In this document: positions 1-14,020 of the stretch, piece after piece
Layout: each line of letters starts with the position of its first letter
How positions within the stretch are numbered: the first letter of the stretch is position 1
DNA from: the human T2T-CHM13v2.0 reference genome, Homo sapiens
Assembly: GCF_009914755.1 (NCBI RefSeq)
Contig: NC_060947.1
Length of the DNA: 64,000 nucleotides
Direction: 5' to 3' (one strand)
The notes under the pieces: model-generated
Databases searched by the model: none
The model's input: the letters and a program-made list of their open reading frames with translations, nothing else
What the model was told of the DNA's origin: nothing
Translations under genes and position numbers: made by a program

Positions 1-196
1 GACCTGTGAGTGAAGCCATCTTGAATCCTCCAGCTCCACTTGGTCACCTCAACCATTACCACATACAGCAGAGATGAGCTGTCCCCACAGAGCTCTGCCC
101 AACTTTCCAACCCATAGAATCTTTGAGCAATAACATAGTTGTTTGGAGCCACTAAGTTTTGTGTGGTCTATTGTGCAGCAACAGATCACTGATGCA
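1..196 (+). mobile_element. MLT1 (ERVL-MaLR) LTR, 3' part
   Basis: gagatgagctgtcccc...ccactaagttttg...tgtgcagcaacagatcactgatgca resembles the MLT1 3' end; similar to the copy at 37500-38056. Confidence 0.7.
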
Positions 197-468
197 AATA
201 TAAAATAGTTTGAGTTTGGTGATAGAGAAAGGAAGAGTTCTTTTCAAGGGGGCATAGGAAGTGAGTGACTGCCAAATGCAGAACAAACCTGGCCATTGAA
301 AACTCATCCAGTTGTTTGCTTCCCCCAGCCAGAGCGTAATCTCTGTGGATGGCTCTGGGAAGTGGTTTCCTCTGTTTGGCACCATACAAAAATCCAGAGA
401 ACTTTCCAAAACAGACAAAAGAGGCAAGAAGGGAGGCAATGAAATCCACATTTAAAAGTCATGATCAT

Positions 469-614
469 AGCCGGGTGTGGTGGCTCATGCCTGTAGCCCC
501 AGCTACTCAGGAGGCTGATGTGGGAGGATCACTTAAGCCTGGGAGTTCAAGACCAGCCTGGACGACATAGCAAGAGGCCAGCCTGGGCAACATAATGAGA
601 CCTCATCTCTAAAA
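469..614 (+). mobile_element. Alu monomer (FLAM-like) with ~26-bp internal tandem duplication
   Basis: Alu left-arm sequence; ccagcctgg..acata occurs twice (551-602); flanking taaaagtca repeat. Confidence 0.8.
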
Positions 615-1138
615 GTCAACATCTTCACAAGAAAGAAGCCCAAATAAAAATTCATTGGTGATACATTTATATTAGAGAGAGCCACTAAAAGTTGACCTGT
701 TCTGTTTGTACTAACAAATCATGTAAGGGAAAAAGTGAATCAGTATCTCAGTCAATCAAGTTGTTTTAACTGAAACTAGCCTCTGAAAGTTTGCAAAAGA
801 ATGTGTATTTGTCAACCCAGGAAGAATTTAGCACAATTTAACATCATTTGCAACAATGCATGGATACATTTATTCTTAGCCCTACTGATGTTTGCATCAA
901 CTGAATAATGCAATGCAGCCCAGCAATAATGCAATGATCCCATTCCTATGGGTCATTGGGTAAACCAGCTGTGAGACAGCTGGGACACAAGAAACGTATG
1001 CCATCAATTTCCATATATTACATCTCCAAAATGTTTTATTCCAGAATTTCATTTGTGTTAATAAATCTCCACCTATTCTACTCTGTAGAAAACAAAAAAA
1101 TAAGTGAGCAAAAAATAAAATATATTTATTTAAAAATA

Positions 1139-1223
1139 TTTTTTCCTTGATAGATAATTAGAACTTAAATGTGTTGTCTGGTCACTTTATTACAATCCGT
1201 TCCACAGGGCAAAAAGGAAAGTT
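1139..1223. repeat. 85-bp dispersed direct repeat, copy A (intron 4)
   Basis: 81/85 identical to 9751-9835, including a 59-bp exact block. Confidence 0.95.
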
Positions 1224-2555
1224 TGTACATTGTCTTTTGTTAAAGTAATTAAATGGATACTCTCTGAATGTCAAAAGACCTTTGCTGGTTTTTCATTGTC
1301 CGTGGTTTTTAAAGTATCTTTAATTTGTTTTCTTCCTGTTTTGGCCTAGGAAGAAGTGTTGGTCTAAAGGAGAGATCATGTGTCTACTCAAAATCTGGTC
1401 TTTACATGAGGACTTGTTGTGATTCCAACTGTTCATTGTTCTATCTAAATGCCAACATAACCAAAAATAACTAAAAATGGAAAGAAAGAAAAATATCCCC
1501 CGAAAACAATAGTGGTTACATTCTAAGGTTTATTTTCTTCCAGATCAATGGAGGTTGTGGCTCTTCAAAGACTTTTTACCCTCCTGCAATTTGCAGTATT
1601 TTTTTTCCTCCTACATTGACTTATTTTTATCTATATCTGTTTCTGAAATAACTATGAATTTCAGCTCATTGCCAGAGTATGGTCTGTGTAAGAGAATTAA
1701 TTTTAACTTGTGGCACCTTCAAATTAGCCAGACCACAGAACTGACCACCTCAGAGTCCAAAGTAAGCCCAGTCTTCTCTCTTCCCTCACAGTCTAGAAGA
1801 GAACTGGGACAACTTTCTCACCACTCAGTACAGCTCTGGCCAAGACTGTTGAAGGTTGTGTGGAAATCTGGGAACTACTTAGCCACTATGTGTCACCTCC
1901 TAAAATAGGTTGAAGTTCTGAGTTACGCTCAAGGACCCCCTACCCCTGTCAACACAAAAACAAATTTATTAAACTATTTTAATACATTTAAAGCCAAAAA
2001 AGTAAATAATACCCCTGGAGTAAAATTCACTGGGGACAAACCTCAGCTTGTCTGTCGCGAAAATCAAAGAAAGAATTGCCTGCTTGCTTTGCCCATTTCT
2101 CTCTTTTTTCCTGGGAGCTCTAGGCTCTCTTGTGGATCGCTGTACCCCTTTTTGTCATCCCTAACTAATTGCATGTACAATCCTCCTTCTCCCAAATATG
2201 CCTGAACCTTGTTCTGACAAACTGTAATATGAATCTCCTGAATTTGGGGTTCATTCTCTCTTCCTCTGGGAAGGTTCCAGGCGCATCTGGTCCAGCTTAA
2301 GACATGCTGTTGGTTTTTGAGAACAATCAGCATTTTCTTTCCATTGTTGCACACAATCTGGAAATTTAAACAGTATGATCCCTAGAGTACTCTGCCAAAG
2401 CTTGCTTAGCAGAAAGATTTTTGAGCTTCTCTCCTCCCACCATCACCTCTGCCCCTTCCAATATGAGGGAGTAGATTCAATTTTCTTTTTGGTTTGTTTT
2501 GAAGAGCTATGCACATAGCTAATCACAGGGAGGATATTGAAAGCAACATCTGTGA

Positions 2556-3018
2556 GGTGCCCCCTGTGGGCAGTGTTACTGGCACTTAGTGAATAAAATC
2601 CAAGGATGCTGCTAAACATCCTGCAAACAAAAAAAACAGGGCTCCACAACAAAGAATTATTTGGCCCCAAATGTCCATCATGCTGAGGTTCAGAAACTTT
2701 GCCCTAAAGCATCGTTTAGCAGAATCCTAGGACCCACCGCAGACCTGCTGAATTTAAATCTGCATTTTTCCCAAGGTCCCTAGAGGACTTCGCTGCACAG
2801 TAAAGTTTGAGAAGCAGTGCCTTAGATCAGTAGCTCTCTATTTGAGTGCCTCACAATCCCTGGAATGCTCATTAAAAAACAAAATGCTGTGCCTGACCCC
2901 TAAAGTTTCTGACTCAGCAGGTGGTGGGGGTGGGTTGGTAAAAATTTGCATTCTTAGACCAGGAGATGCTACTGCTGCTTCTGCTCCCAGGACCACACCA
3001 TGGGAACCACTCACTGCC
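2556..3018. mobile_element. Cluster of hAT-Charlie MITE fragments (MER20 plus two MER5A-like pieces)
   Basis: MER20 motif ggatgctgctaaacatcctgca...caaagaattat..ggccccaaatgtc; MER5 motifs ctgcattttt.ccaag.tccc and ccaggagatgct..tgctgct. Confidence 0.7.
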
Positions 3019-3479
3019 CAACAAACCCAGAGTAAGGCAAAATATCCAAATCCCTTCCAGCTGAACAAATTGAGTGCTTGCTGACCACCAGAGTCAATGA
3101 CAAAGAAGCTACATTGGGGCTGAAAGACACATAGATGTTCTCTACTGGACTGTCCCTATAGTGTCAATAACTTTGCTCAGGCCCCCGAACTAAAATCAGC
3201 AGGAGTATGCCACATCTCTGCCAGCCTGTAGTTGCCTCAATAGCAAACCAAGAAAAAGACAAAAGTCAGATGGAAGCCATCAGCTACGAAGTCAGCTCCA
3301 GGATAGACACTGAGGTTAGATCTAGGGCTGAGCCAGAGAACCAGTGATGCTACTGAGAGCAAAGTTGCATGCTTAGGCCTTACAGGAGGAATAGTGATGC
3401 TCCCTTTACAATCCACGATGTGAACACCCCCTGCTCCTCCCAAAGCAAGTGCCTCCTAAGGGCTGTGGCATTTTCTTAC

Positions 3480-3656
3480 CCACACAGGAGGCTGGCCGGC
3501 CGCTCCAGGCCTTGTTGTCCATACATGTGACGGTCCGCTCCCCTTTCAACGTGTATCCTGGTGAACAATAATACTCACACCGGGAGTTAAAGTAGGCACC
3601 ATCTACACACTTAAACCCTCCATTTGCTGGCATGGCAAGGGTAGGACATCGCTTTT
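3480..3656 (-). CDS. SRPX: SRPX exon 4 (177 nt), sushi/CCP domain 2, KRCPTLAMPANGG...WSGRPASCV
   Basis: Sushi pattern C-P...C.Y.C.PGY.L.G.....C.....WS....C; acceptor ttttcag|AA and donor GTGG|gtaaga; phase 1-1; later exons lie left of the window. Confidence 0.97.
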
Positions 3657-3770
3657 CTGAAAATGAGAAAATCAGATATTCAGCATTTCTTAGTTTTTGT
3701 CTATAGAGTTTCATTTCAGAGTCTAGAAACTCTGAAAGCATGAGGTGAAAAGTTAATTTAAATATAAGAA

Positions 3771-4098
<328 letters not shown>

Positions 4099-4159
4099 TC
4101 ACACAGAAGACACAAAGTTTCCTGTCACACTGGCTTGGGTTGGCAACCCAGCTAAGCCA

Positions 4160-4435
4160 CTATCTTAGGTTGAGCTCCCCAGAAGCAGATTCTGAGATAC
4201 GGATTTATGTGCATGAGGTTTAGTAAGAAAGTGCTCCCAGGGAGACTAGTGAGGGGGTGAGGAAAGCAGAACAGGGAAGGGGAGAAATCCAGGCAAGATG
4301 AGATCTCAGGCAAAGTCAGCAGCAGCCTGATCCCATAGGGAAGCTCTGGAGTGTGAATGACAGCTCATTCTGTCCTGCCCCCAGGCAAGGAAGCTGGGCT
4401 TTCATAATTCTTTATCAGTCAGTCATTGGGCAGCT
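4160..4435 (-). mobile_element. ERVL LTR fragment (LTR16/LTR33-like)
   Basis: tcttaggttgagctccccagaagcagattctgagatacggattt...gtgctcccaggg; related pieces near 18195-18605, 28220-28700 and 38200-38390. Confidence 0.5.
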
Positions 4436-5045
4436 ACAGGCTGCTCACAGGAGATGCTTTCTCTTGTGAAAAGAGAACGAGAGTGAGAGAGTGAGAGAGA
4501 GAGAGAGCGAGTGGGATCAGTCCTCTGAAGGAGCAGTCTTCTGAATAAGGTTGAAGTTCCAAGTCTTTAAGAGCAAAGTACTCAGAAGCTGGGTACTGGA
4601 TACATACAACTAGTAAAAGGCATCGAGGAGATCTGGGTAGAGCAGATTGTCCACTACAGTCACCCAGTTGCAGAGTCTGCATAGTCTCGATGACATGGCT
4701 GCAGCCTTGAAACCTCAGTTTCCCTGACAATGAAGTTAACATAATGGCACCCATATTGATAGTGTTACTGTAAAAATCAAATGTATGTGAAATTCTTGGC
4801 AAACCATAAGCGCTCAAAAAGTGGTGGCTGTTTTGAATACCAAAGACATCTAAAATGTGCTTCAACAATGCTGTACCACTTGCAATTTTCCAAATGAGGT
4901 ATGACTTGTCATGAAGCTAAAAGCCAGCCCCTGAAATGCTGCTCCTCTAAGCTTCTCCCTTGAGGCACACTCACTTTCATAAATAAGCATCACTTCTTCT
5001 GTGACTCTTTCCTGCCTCCCTAAGCCCCACTCCTTGGGAGAACAC

Positions 5046-5348
5046 TTTTTTTTTCTTTTTTTTTAAGAGATGGAGTCTTGCTCTGTCACCCAGGTTGGAG
5101 TGCAGTGGCACAATCTCGGCTCACTACAACCTCCGCCTCCCGGGTTCTAGCAATTCTCCTGCCTCAGCCTCCTGAGTAGCTGGGATTACAGATGCACGCT
5201 GCCACACCCAGCTAATTTTTTGTATTTTAGTAGAGATGGGGTTTCACCGTGTTGCTCAGGCTGGTGTCGAACTCCTGAGCTCAGGCAACCCACCCGCCTC
5301 GGCCTCCCAAAGTGCTGGGATTACAGGCATGAGCCACTGCGCCCAGCC
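5046..5348 (-). mobile_element. Alu (S-type)
   Basis: Full dimer with poly-T on the left; TSD-like ggagaac. Confidence 0.93.
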
Positions 5349-5758
5349 AGGAGAACTCTTCTTTAATCTGCTACCATATGTCCCTGACTTTGTACCCTTC
5401 TTGTACTTATCTCCCAGTTGACACCTCTGCCTTACTAAAGCCTCTTCATGGCAGGACCCATGTGCGTCTTATTTGTTTCTAAATCCCCAACACCTCTTCA
5501 GGATCCAGCACTAACTGAACAAATGTAACTCATTTTCTGAACAATGATCTTCTCTCCCCTTTTCTCAAACAGCTGATCATATCATTCTCTCTGAGAGGAG
5601 CCAACTCACTTCCACCATATCTTAGAATCCCCCTGGTGTCCCCCTGATCATAAGGAGAATTTTTCTCATCAATATTCAGTGAAAATCCTCAATCTCAGAG
5701 CAAAAGAACTTTGGCTCTGGTCATCCCTGAGGACCCAACACAGAGCTGGCCTACTCAC

Positions 5759-5950
5759 GTTTGCAGATGACCTTGTCAGACCATCGTTTGTTTGACTGGC
5801 AGATCAGTAGGGAAGAGCCATGCAGCTCGTAGCCCTTCTGGCAGCGAATGTCGCACCTGGTTCCCAGGGCTGTTTTGTAGTATCCTCCTTGAGGGGCCCT
5901 GCAGTACACATCCCCATACTTCACCTTGATGGGGGAGCACCACGGGGTAT
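5759..5950 (-). CDS. SRPX: SRPX exon 3 (192 nt), sushi/CCP domain 1, (D)TPWCSPIKVKYG...WSDKVICK(Q)
   Basis: Four-Cys plus Trp sushi pattern; acceptor cttgtag|AT and donor AAAC|gtgagt; phase 1-1. Confidence 0.97.
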
Positions 5951-7114
5951 CTACAAGTAGCAGAAACAAAAGAGGAGATAAATATGAAATGACACTTTCA
6001 GAAAATGTGTCCCCTTACTCTTACTGTCCCAGGCTGGCTACATTCCAAATTTTGGACCTTCAATTAGTGCCCCATGTTTTCTTAGGTGTCTCCGGGTAGG
6101 GAGGTTATGATCATGGGACTAAGTGTCAGATATATCTGAACATGAATCTGAGTTCCTCTATAACTGACTGTGTGATCTTAGACAAGTTAGCTAACCTCTC
6201 TGAGTCAATATCTATACTTATGCCATAGTGCTGTTACAAGGACGAAATAAAAATTGCATATCAAGCATCTAGCACAGTACCTAGCATATATGTTCAATAA
6301 ATGCTTGTTCTTTTTAGTATTTCCCTTAACTAGATACATAAGATTTTTTATTTTTATTTTTTAGATAATTCTTTCAAGGGCAACTGATGTCATACATAGC
6401 GGTAGGGATTCAATAATTGGTTAATTTGGATTTCGTCTGAGCCGTATGCACATTCTCTCTAAAATGTTGTAATACTGGCATTAATCTAAATGATGCTACA
6501 ATTTCCAGGTGTTTGTAACAAGATATAAATTTCGCTTAAAGTCACAGAACAATTGCTCTCCATAGAGAAGTGTCCCCAGTTATGCCCCATTTACGTAACA
6601 GGGTGACACCCTCCCCAGATGGCAAAGTTGCAGGTGTTTTGATTTTGGTCTCATAGTTGCCCAAAGCACAGCTGGGATGAAATGAATAAATCAGAACCTC
6701 CCTGCTGTGCTTTTGAAATGTTCTCTTTGAGATCCATAAAATATAAGGGCAACACTAGCTCCTTGGTGGATAAGTTCCTACAGCAGCCACTGCCCCATTG
6801 TCCCACAATTGATGGGGAACAGTGAGGAGTTCCCTAAAGCCTGCCGGGCTCTCAATGCCATGAATAGGAGCCACTTCCCTGCAACTGCCTGGCTCATCAC
6901 TCCAACCCAGCACCTGAGCTGTCAGTGAGTGAGGTAAGACCGCCATCATGTGGCCAGGAAGGAGGACAGACCCTGTTTTACTTTCCCAGGAATTCTCTTC
7001 TGAGGATATGCCTCCAACTGCTTCTCAGTTACAAAAACCAACAGTTCTGGCCACGTCTTATGCATAGACCACTGTTTTAGTTTTGCCTTCACATTTCCTT
7101 CAGCTAATACTTTC

Positions 7115-7285
<171 letters not shown>

Positions 7286-7536
7286 TAATACTTTCGTCAT
7301 ATCATGTTTTGCAGACAGCTGCAAGTGAGCCCTAAACTCAAGACTCAAGTAATCTTCCCTGGACTTTCTAGGTAAAGGTGATGTCCTAAAGGCTTAACCT
7401 AGAGCTGATTAAATTTAACCATGTGGATATAAACGTGTAGGAGCTCACACAAGGCCTAAAGAACTTCCTTGAATAAATTTTCCTTCCTCTAAGGGTTTTA
7501 ATATAATCTGTATGTACTACATATATTTGTGATATA

Positions 7537-7839
7537 CAGTACTCCCCCTTTGCCCACGGGGGATATTGGATGCCTGAAGCCTTGGATAGTACCTAACGCT
7601 ATATATACTGTTTGTTTCTTACACAAACATACCTATGATGAAGTTTAATTTATAAATTAGGCATGATAAAAGATTAACAACAACTAATAATAATATAGAA
7701 CAATTATAACAATATACTGTAATGAAAGTTAGGTGAATGTACTGTCTCTCTCTCAAAATATCTAATATTTTGGGGCTGCGGTTGACTGAAGGTAAATGGA
7801 ACCTTGGAAAGTGAAACCGCAGATAAGGGGGAACTAATG
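7537..7839 (-). mobile_element. MER44/Tigger7-type TcMar DNA transposon MITE
   Basis: TIRs cagtactccccctt / gataagggggaactaatg with TA target duplication. Confidence 0.85.
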
Positions 7840-8087
7840 TATGTATATATATGACCTGCATACTCATACATCACAAACTCACTCAATTAATATGAATATA
7901 TGATGGTATTCCAAGCAAAAGAATCAAAAGCCATGCTTGCCACATACCAGGAGCACCGTAAATGTTGGTTACATTTAATTTTCTTTCTTATTTTACTTTA
8001 ATTCAAAAACACTTACTCTGTGCTGGACATTGTGCAGGGGCCTCAGGATCTAAAACTAAACCCTCACTTAATAATGGCTTGTCTCTA

Positions 8088-8418
<331 letters not shown>

Positions 8419-9750
8419 CTTAAATTTTATTGTATGAAGCGCACAACATGATGCTTTGATATACTTATACATACTGAAATGATTGCTACCAGTAAGCAAT
8501 TTAACTGACAATAGAAACAATGCCCTAAGAAAATTTATTCTTAAACATTCAGGGTAAGTTCTAGGGCAAGCACACATTTTGGCCATCTGGTCTACCTGTC
8601 ACATTTGCAATGCTGTGAGGTGAAGATGGATGTGAAGAACAAGGACCTGAGGGCACTAGGCAACCCCTGCTGTAGATGTGAAGGGTCATCTGTGCATGCA
8701 TGTGTTTTAGGAAGATTTTTCAACAAGGGACTCAAAGAAAAAAAAATCTAAACCCATAAATAGTTAAGAAGTTTTGCGAATTAGAACCTTTCCTTACCCC
8801 AAGCATCTGATTAACGTATTTGTGCTTTGCTTGATTGGTTAATTCCTGAGGCTATGGAGATAGAAACTATAGGTAGGAATGAGTATTTGCATTCAGATCT
8901 CACAAAAAAATGTGGTATGTGATGGGAAGCACACCTGCACATAAGCACCAGGCACCAGTCATTATATTGGAAATATTGTTCACTTGTGTAGAAAACAACT
9001 GAAGGACATCTCCAGTCAAAAGTTGTCCAGTCCTACCCTGATTCTCCTGTATCTGAGACACATCACAACAAACAAGGGCCATGTCCTCATCCCAGGAATT
9101 AGGACAAATTTCCAGGGCAAAATGCCGCAGTGAAACTTTGTTAACCATTTTTTTTTTTTTTCAAATTCTTCCTCCACTGTAAGAGGAACTAGATTCAGAG
9201 AGAAAGCATCTCTAAATTTACCTTCATTTCTCCCAGGTTTCCCTAAGCTTCAGAGAAATGTTTCACCAGTAGAAATATTTGTGGACATACTTACCTGAGT
9301 CTGGACAGAAGGTTCTTGTTTAGGCTTTTTATACGTGCTGGGGAGTGGATTGCTGGGAATATGTAGAGATGGAGTTCTTTATCATTAAGTTTCATTTGAG
9401 CAACATACTTTAACATACCGTTTCAGAAGCCATGCTGGGCTCAGAAAGAGCACGATGAAATGAGCTTATGAAAATCAAGTTTTCTCCTTCCCCATTCATC
9501 TTAGTACATTATCAGCACTTGGTCCAGATTTGACCTTAGGTGGTTTACTCTGGATGATTCTGGCTGTAATGTATGAATTAGGCTTGATTTTCACTTTCAT
9601 CAGCTACAGCTGCCTTTGCAGAAGTGAGGACAGTAAAGAAACTTATGAGAATAAAATGACCATTGGGATGCTGAAAGACAGCATTTCAGAGATTTCCAAT
9701 GCATTTTGCTTTATTTCCTTTTTTAAAAAAGGGAGTATATATATATATTT

Positions 9751-9835
9751 TTTTTTCCTTGATAGATAATTAGAACTTAAATGTGTTGTCTGGTCACTTT
9801 ATTACAATCTGTTTCACAAGGCATAAAGGAAAGTT
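9751..9835. repeat. 85-bp dispersed direct repeat, copy B (intron 2, 47 nt from the exon 2 boundary)
   Basis: 81/85 identical to 1139-1223. Confidence 0.95.
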
Positions 9836-9882
9836 CTCCTGGCACCAGCAGGTCCTCATTAGCACATAAGCAAAGCATTCAC

Positions 9883-9942
9883 CTTTATATCTAGGGTGTG
9901 AATACCCGACTTCATCGTCTTCTAGTGGTGAGTCTCCCGATC
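9883..9942 (-). CDS. SRPX: SRPX exon 2 (60 nt), (G)SGDSPLEDDEVGYSHPRYK(D)
   Basis: Acceptor tcttttttattgtag|GA and donor AAAG|gtgaat; phase 1-1; in frame with exons 1 and 3. Confidence 0.95.
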
Positions 9943-10544
9943 CTACAATAAAAAAGAACAGAAACTGCAGCAAGAAAAGCCACATAGTATGGACGCATAT
10001 TTCAAAGCATTCCTTTGCCACAGACCATGCAGGAGGTGCTATTAGAATGCAGAGCCAAGAGCAAAAGCTTCTGTGGCCATTCATGAAGGAACAAACAGGA
10101 GATCTCTCAGAGTGAAACCGGCTGAGCTGAGATTGCCAAAAACCAAGCAAAATGAGCCTCAAACTGTTTTGGAATCACCATATGCCAAGTGAAATTCTGG
10201 AATAGGGAAACAGAGAGAGTCAACTTCACTCTGAGAAGATGCCAATGTATATGAATCTCATGCCAGGGGAGATGCAATAAAATGTGTGCATCAGACACAG
10301 TCCACAGTTTCCCCAGCAGTCAAAGAAAACCCAGTAGAACTGGGTGTTTATGGTACCTGAAAACAGGTCCATCTTGTGAAATAAATTTAAATGCAAGATA
10401 AGGAGGTAAATCAAATGTCTTATCTTGACAAAAGAAACACAAAGTTGCTTCTATATACAGCATTTGTAGGAAATGAAGGCTGAAATAGACTATCTGTGTG
10501 CTTATTTAGAACCTCTCATGAACGTATGGCTCAAGTAAAATTTC

Positions 10545-10843
10545 TTTTTTTTTTTTTTTTTTTGAGACGGAGTCTCACTCTGTTGCTAGGCTGGAGTGCA
10601 ATGGTGTGATTTTGGCTCACCGCAACCTCCGCCTCTTGGGTTCAAGGGATTCTCCTGCCTCGGCCTCCTGAATAGCTGGAATTACAGGCATGTGCCACCA
10701 TGCCTGGCTAATTTTGTATTTTTAGTAGAGACGGGATTTCTCCATGTTGGTCAGGCTGGTCGCGAACTCCCGACCTCAGATGATCTGCCCGCCTCGGCCT
10801 CACAAAGTGCTGGGATTACAGGCGTGAGCCACCGTGCCCAGCC
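10545..10843 (-). mobile_element. Alu (AluSp/Sq-like)
   Basis: Full dimer; 13-bp TSD agtaaaatttctt at 10534-10546 and 10844-10856. Confidence 0.94.
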
Positions 10844-11423
10844 AGTAAAATTTCTTAATGAGCGTTGCTACCAATAAAAACCACGGCCTCAGAGAGAACG
10901 TCTGTGTATTATTTTAATTTAACTCATTTGCAAGCTGGAGCTGAATGGTTTTTAAAATATTAAATATTGAATTCCAGTGAGCAGTAAATCCTTAATCCTT
11001 GAAGTGGTAGCAGATGCCAAACTTCAAAACTGTAATCTTAAATTCAGAGAACTTCCCTCCAGACTTCACAGTCTAATTAATGACTCGAGTTAGCTCTGTC
11101 TTGGTCACGCATTTAGTTGTAGTTACTTGCCACCATAACAGACAAGAACATCCTCCACTGTGAGGTTATTCAAATCCCCATGCAGCTAATGAGTAATGGT
11201 CCCTGTTCCACTTGTGTTCTGGATGAGAGATGTAGAGTGTGGAAACTGAAAGTGGAGAGGAGATGAGGGCTGGACTGTGTTCATTAGGAAAAGACCCACA
11301 ACTACAGAAGCCCAATTCTGTATTTTCCTTTGCTGCAGATTTCCTCACCTTGTCTCTGCACACCCAGATGTGTACAAAATTACAAACTATTCATCATTGC
11401 ATATAAAAAAATGAGCACTGGAA

Positions 11424-11560
11424 CCAGACACAGTGGCTCATGCCTGTAATCTCAGAAACTAGGGAGGCTGAGTGGGAGAATTACTTGAGCCCAGGAGTTC
11501 AAAAAACAGCCTGGATAACATAGTGAGAACCCATCTCAAAAACAAAACAAAACAAAAAAC
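11424..11560 (+). mobile_element. FLAM-like Alu monomer
   Basis: Left-arm sequence with (CAAAA)n tail. Confidence 0.8.
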
Positions 11561-14020
11561 AATGAAAACCAGGAAACCTACCTAACAACATGAATCAAAG
11601 GCCTATGCTCAAACCCTTTGATCAAGTCATTCCACTTCTAGGAATCTACCCAAGGAAACAGTTGAACTGCATGTCTGCATGTGAACCTTCAATCATCCAA
11701 ATTAAAAAAAAATCCAGATACATGAGCAGCAAGCTTTCTCCCCCCGCCCAGCCCTCCAACACACATATACACACATACATATATTTTGCCCTCGGTTGTC
11801 ATCCTGGTTAACTTGTCTACAGTATTTACAGCATTTAGTATGAATGACTACCCATTCATTTCATGAAGCTCTCTTCTGCAGTGGCTTCCAAATGACAACA
11901 GTTTCCCGATTTTCTTCCTCCTTTCTAAACAGACTCTCTGGACAGCACATCTAGATCAGCCTGCCATTTGGACATAAGTATTTCCCAGGAGTCCAGTATT
12001 GGTCCTTTACATATCTCCAGACTATTTTCCTGGGCCATCTCACTCCCATACTTGCCTCAAACCATTCCCCATGTACTGATGATAAATCCATTGTTTCTAG
12101 CCTTGAACTGTCTCCTAAGAGCCAAGCTAGAATCTTCAACTGTTGTCTGGATATCTCCACACTCACACTCAACCTGCTCAAAACCAGATTCCTTTTCTTA
12201 TCACCAAATTTGTGCATCCCCCAGTGTTTCCCATTTCAGCAAATAACCATCTTCCAGCTACTCTGCCACATGGAAAATCTCAGCCTTTTTTTCTTCTATC
12301 TTCTTCATCTACCACATTCTAAGATAGGAATTAACTTAAATATCCAACTACAAGAAATGGTCAATCATATTATGATCCATTCATAACATAATAATGTTCA
12401 TTTTGAAGAGGTTTCTTAACATGGGAAAATATTATAGAATGCTGAATGAATAAAGAAAGAAGCATAACCCCCAAAATGCAAAAATGCATTAAGATTTTAA
12501 AATATGGCAAAGCTCATGTGTGAGAACAACAATATGGATGAATAAAACTAAAATAATATTGTGAGCAAAGTTGGTCCCAGAAGACTATATACTATATATA
12601 CGACTCCTTTTTTATAAAGTTCAAAAACTTCTAACACTAAATTGTTGGGAAATACAAAGATATGTACGGTAATTTTTAACAAAGCAAGGAGACCTCTTAC
12701 CCTTTCCTAATCTTCTCTTCTTGAACAACTGAGTTCTAAGGCCTTTAGAGCAAGGCAGACATCTGTACCAGAAAGGACAGGGAGGCATGGTAGGCCAGAG
12801 CAGGATGTCAGAGCCCAAACAGGGCATAGAGGGAAAACAGGGGCAAAGAGAGAATGCACATGGGCAGATAGCCCAGCAGGGGAATCACAGATTAGTAAGA
12901 TAAGGAGGGCTTTCACATGGGTAAGGCGGAAGAAAGCCTGGCATTGGGTTGAAAAGTACAGTTTCTAGATTCCCTTATCCCTAGGTTGTGAAAGGGTCTA
13001 CTTTTAGTGATTTGGAAGGAATCAAAGGGAAGGAACTCTTTTCTACAGTTGTGCATGCAGAAAATAGGCTACAGCAGATGTGAGTGTTGTCAACTGTGTC
13101 CACTGTCCCCTCATCAGCTTTGTGTGGTAGGGAGGATAGTGACGTTGGCAGTGGTGATAATCACGGCAGCAACAGTTTCCTAGCCTGAGTGATAGGAGGA
13201 GTTTCTGGCATCTGGACTGAAGTCATGGTGCCATTTGACCTTTAATGCAGACTTCTTGACTTCCATTGCTCCAGCCCTTCCAATTTTGTGAGTACCTTAT
13301 TTCCTGCATTAAATCATTTTTTGCATAAAATACCTAGAGAGGATTCTGTTTCCTATATTAAACCTAACAGATATTTAAGCAAACCAATTAAGAAATGAAT
13401 ATATGGTTTTATAGCTTTCTCTTAGTAACTGGACACTACCCTAACACAGGGCACACTGCTTTCTACCCACAAGTCTTTTGTAGATAAGAGAGGGGACTTT
13501 TATGTGAACATAGATGAGTAAGGAGGAAAAAAGAAAAAAAAAACCTACTGGAGTCAAACTTACTCTTTTTCCGAATTGGTCTATCTGCTAAGCTAAATGC
13601 AATCTGATTTCTGTGCAATTGAATTCACATGGGAAAGGAAATAACACACACTAAGTGCCTATGATATGTGTACTATGCTAGGCAATTTCTATGCACTATC
13701 TCATTAAATCTATACAATAACACTGGCCATTTGGTACTATTTTAGATTTATCATTAGGGAAACCAAGTCTCTAACGTCTTTACTTGTCCAAGGTTATGCA
13801 GCCAGTAAATGGTAAATCAGGGATTCGAATCCTGTCTGCCTGGCCTTCAAATCTATCATTCTTTTTTCACTAGGCCTTACTGCCTTCTGCGCCTACAATT
13901 TCAAAGAAATGAGATAGCTGGCTTTGGGATCACTGATAGGCAAACAGCAAATGGCTTCTTCAGTAGTGTGAGAACAAATATGCCAAGAGTGGGTCCCACA
14001 GAAGCAAAATGAAGAATCCA

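Noticed and set aside
1320-1440. Plus-strand acceptor-like sequence (ttttcttcctgttttggcctag|G) next to the duplicated 85-mer
   Set aside because: No convincing paired donor or ORF; such motifs are common in AT-rich introns
4434-4868. 144-aa ORF in intron 3
   Set aside because: Runs through MIR-like sequence and a (GA)n tract; non-ATG start and no recognisable protein features
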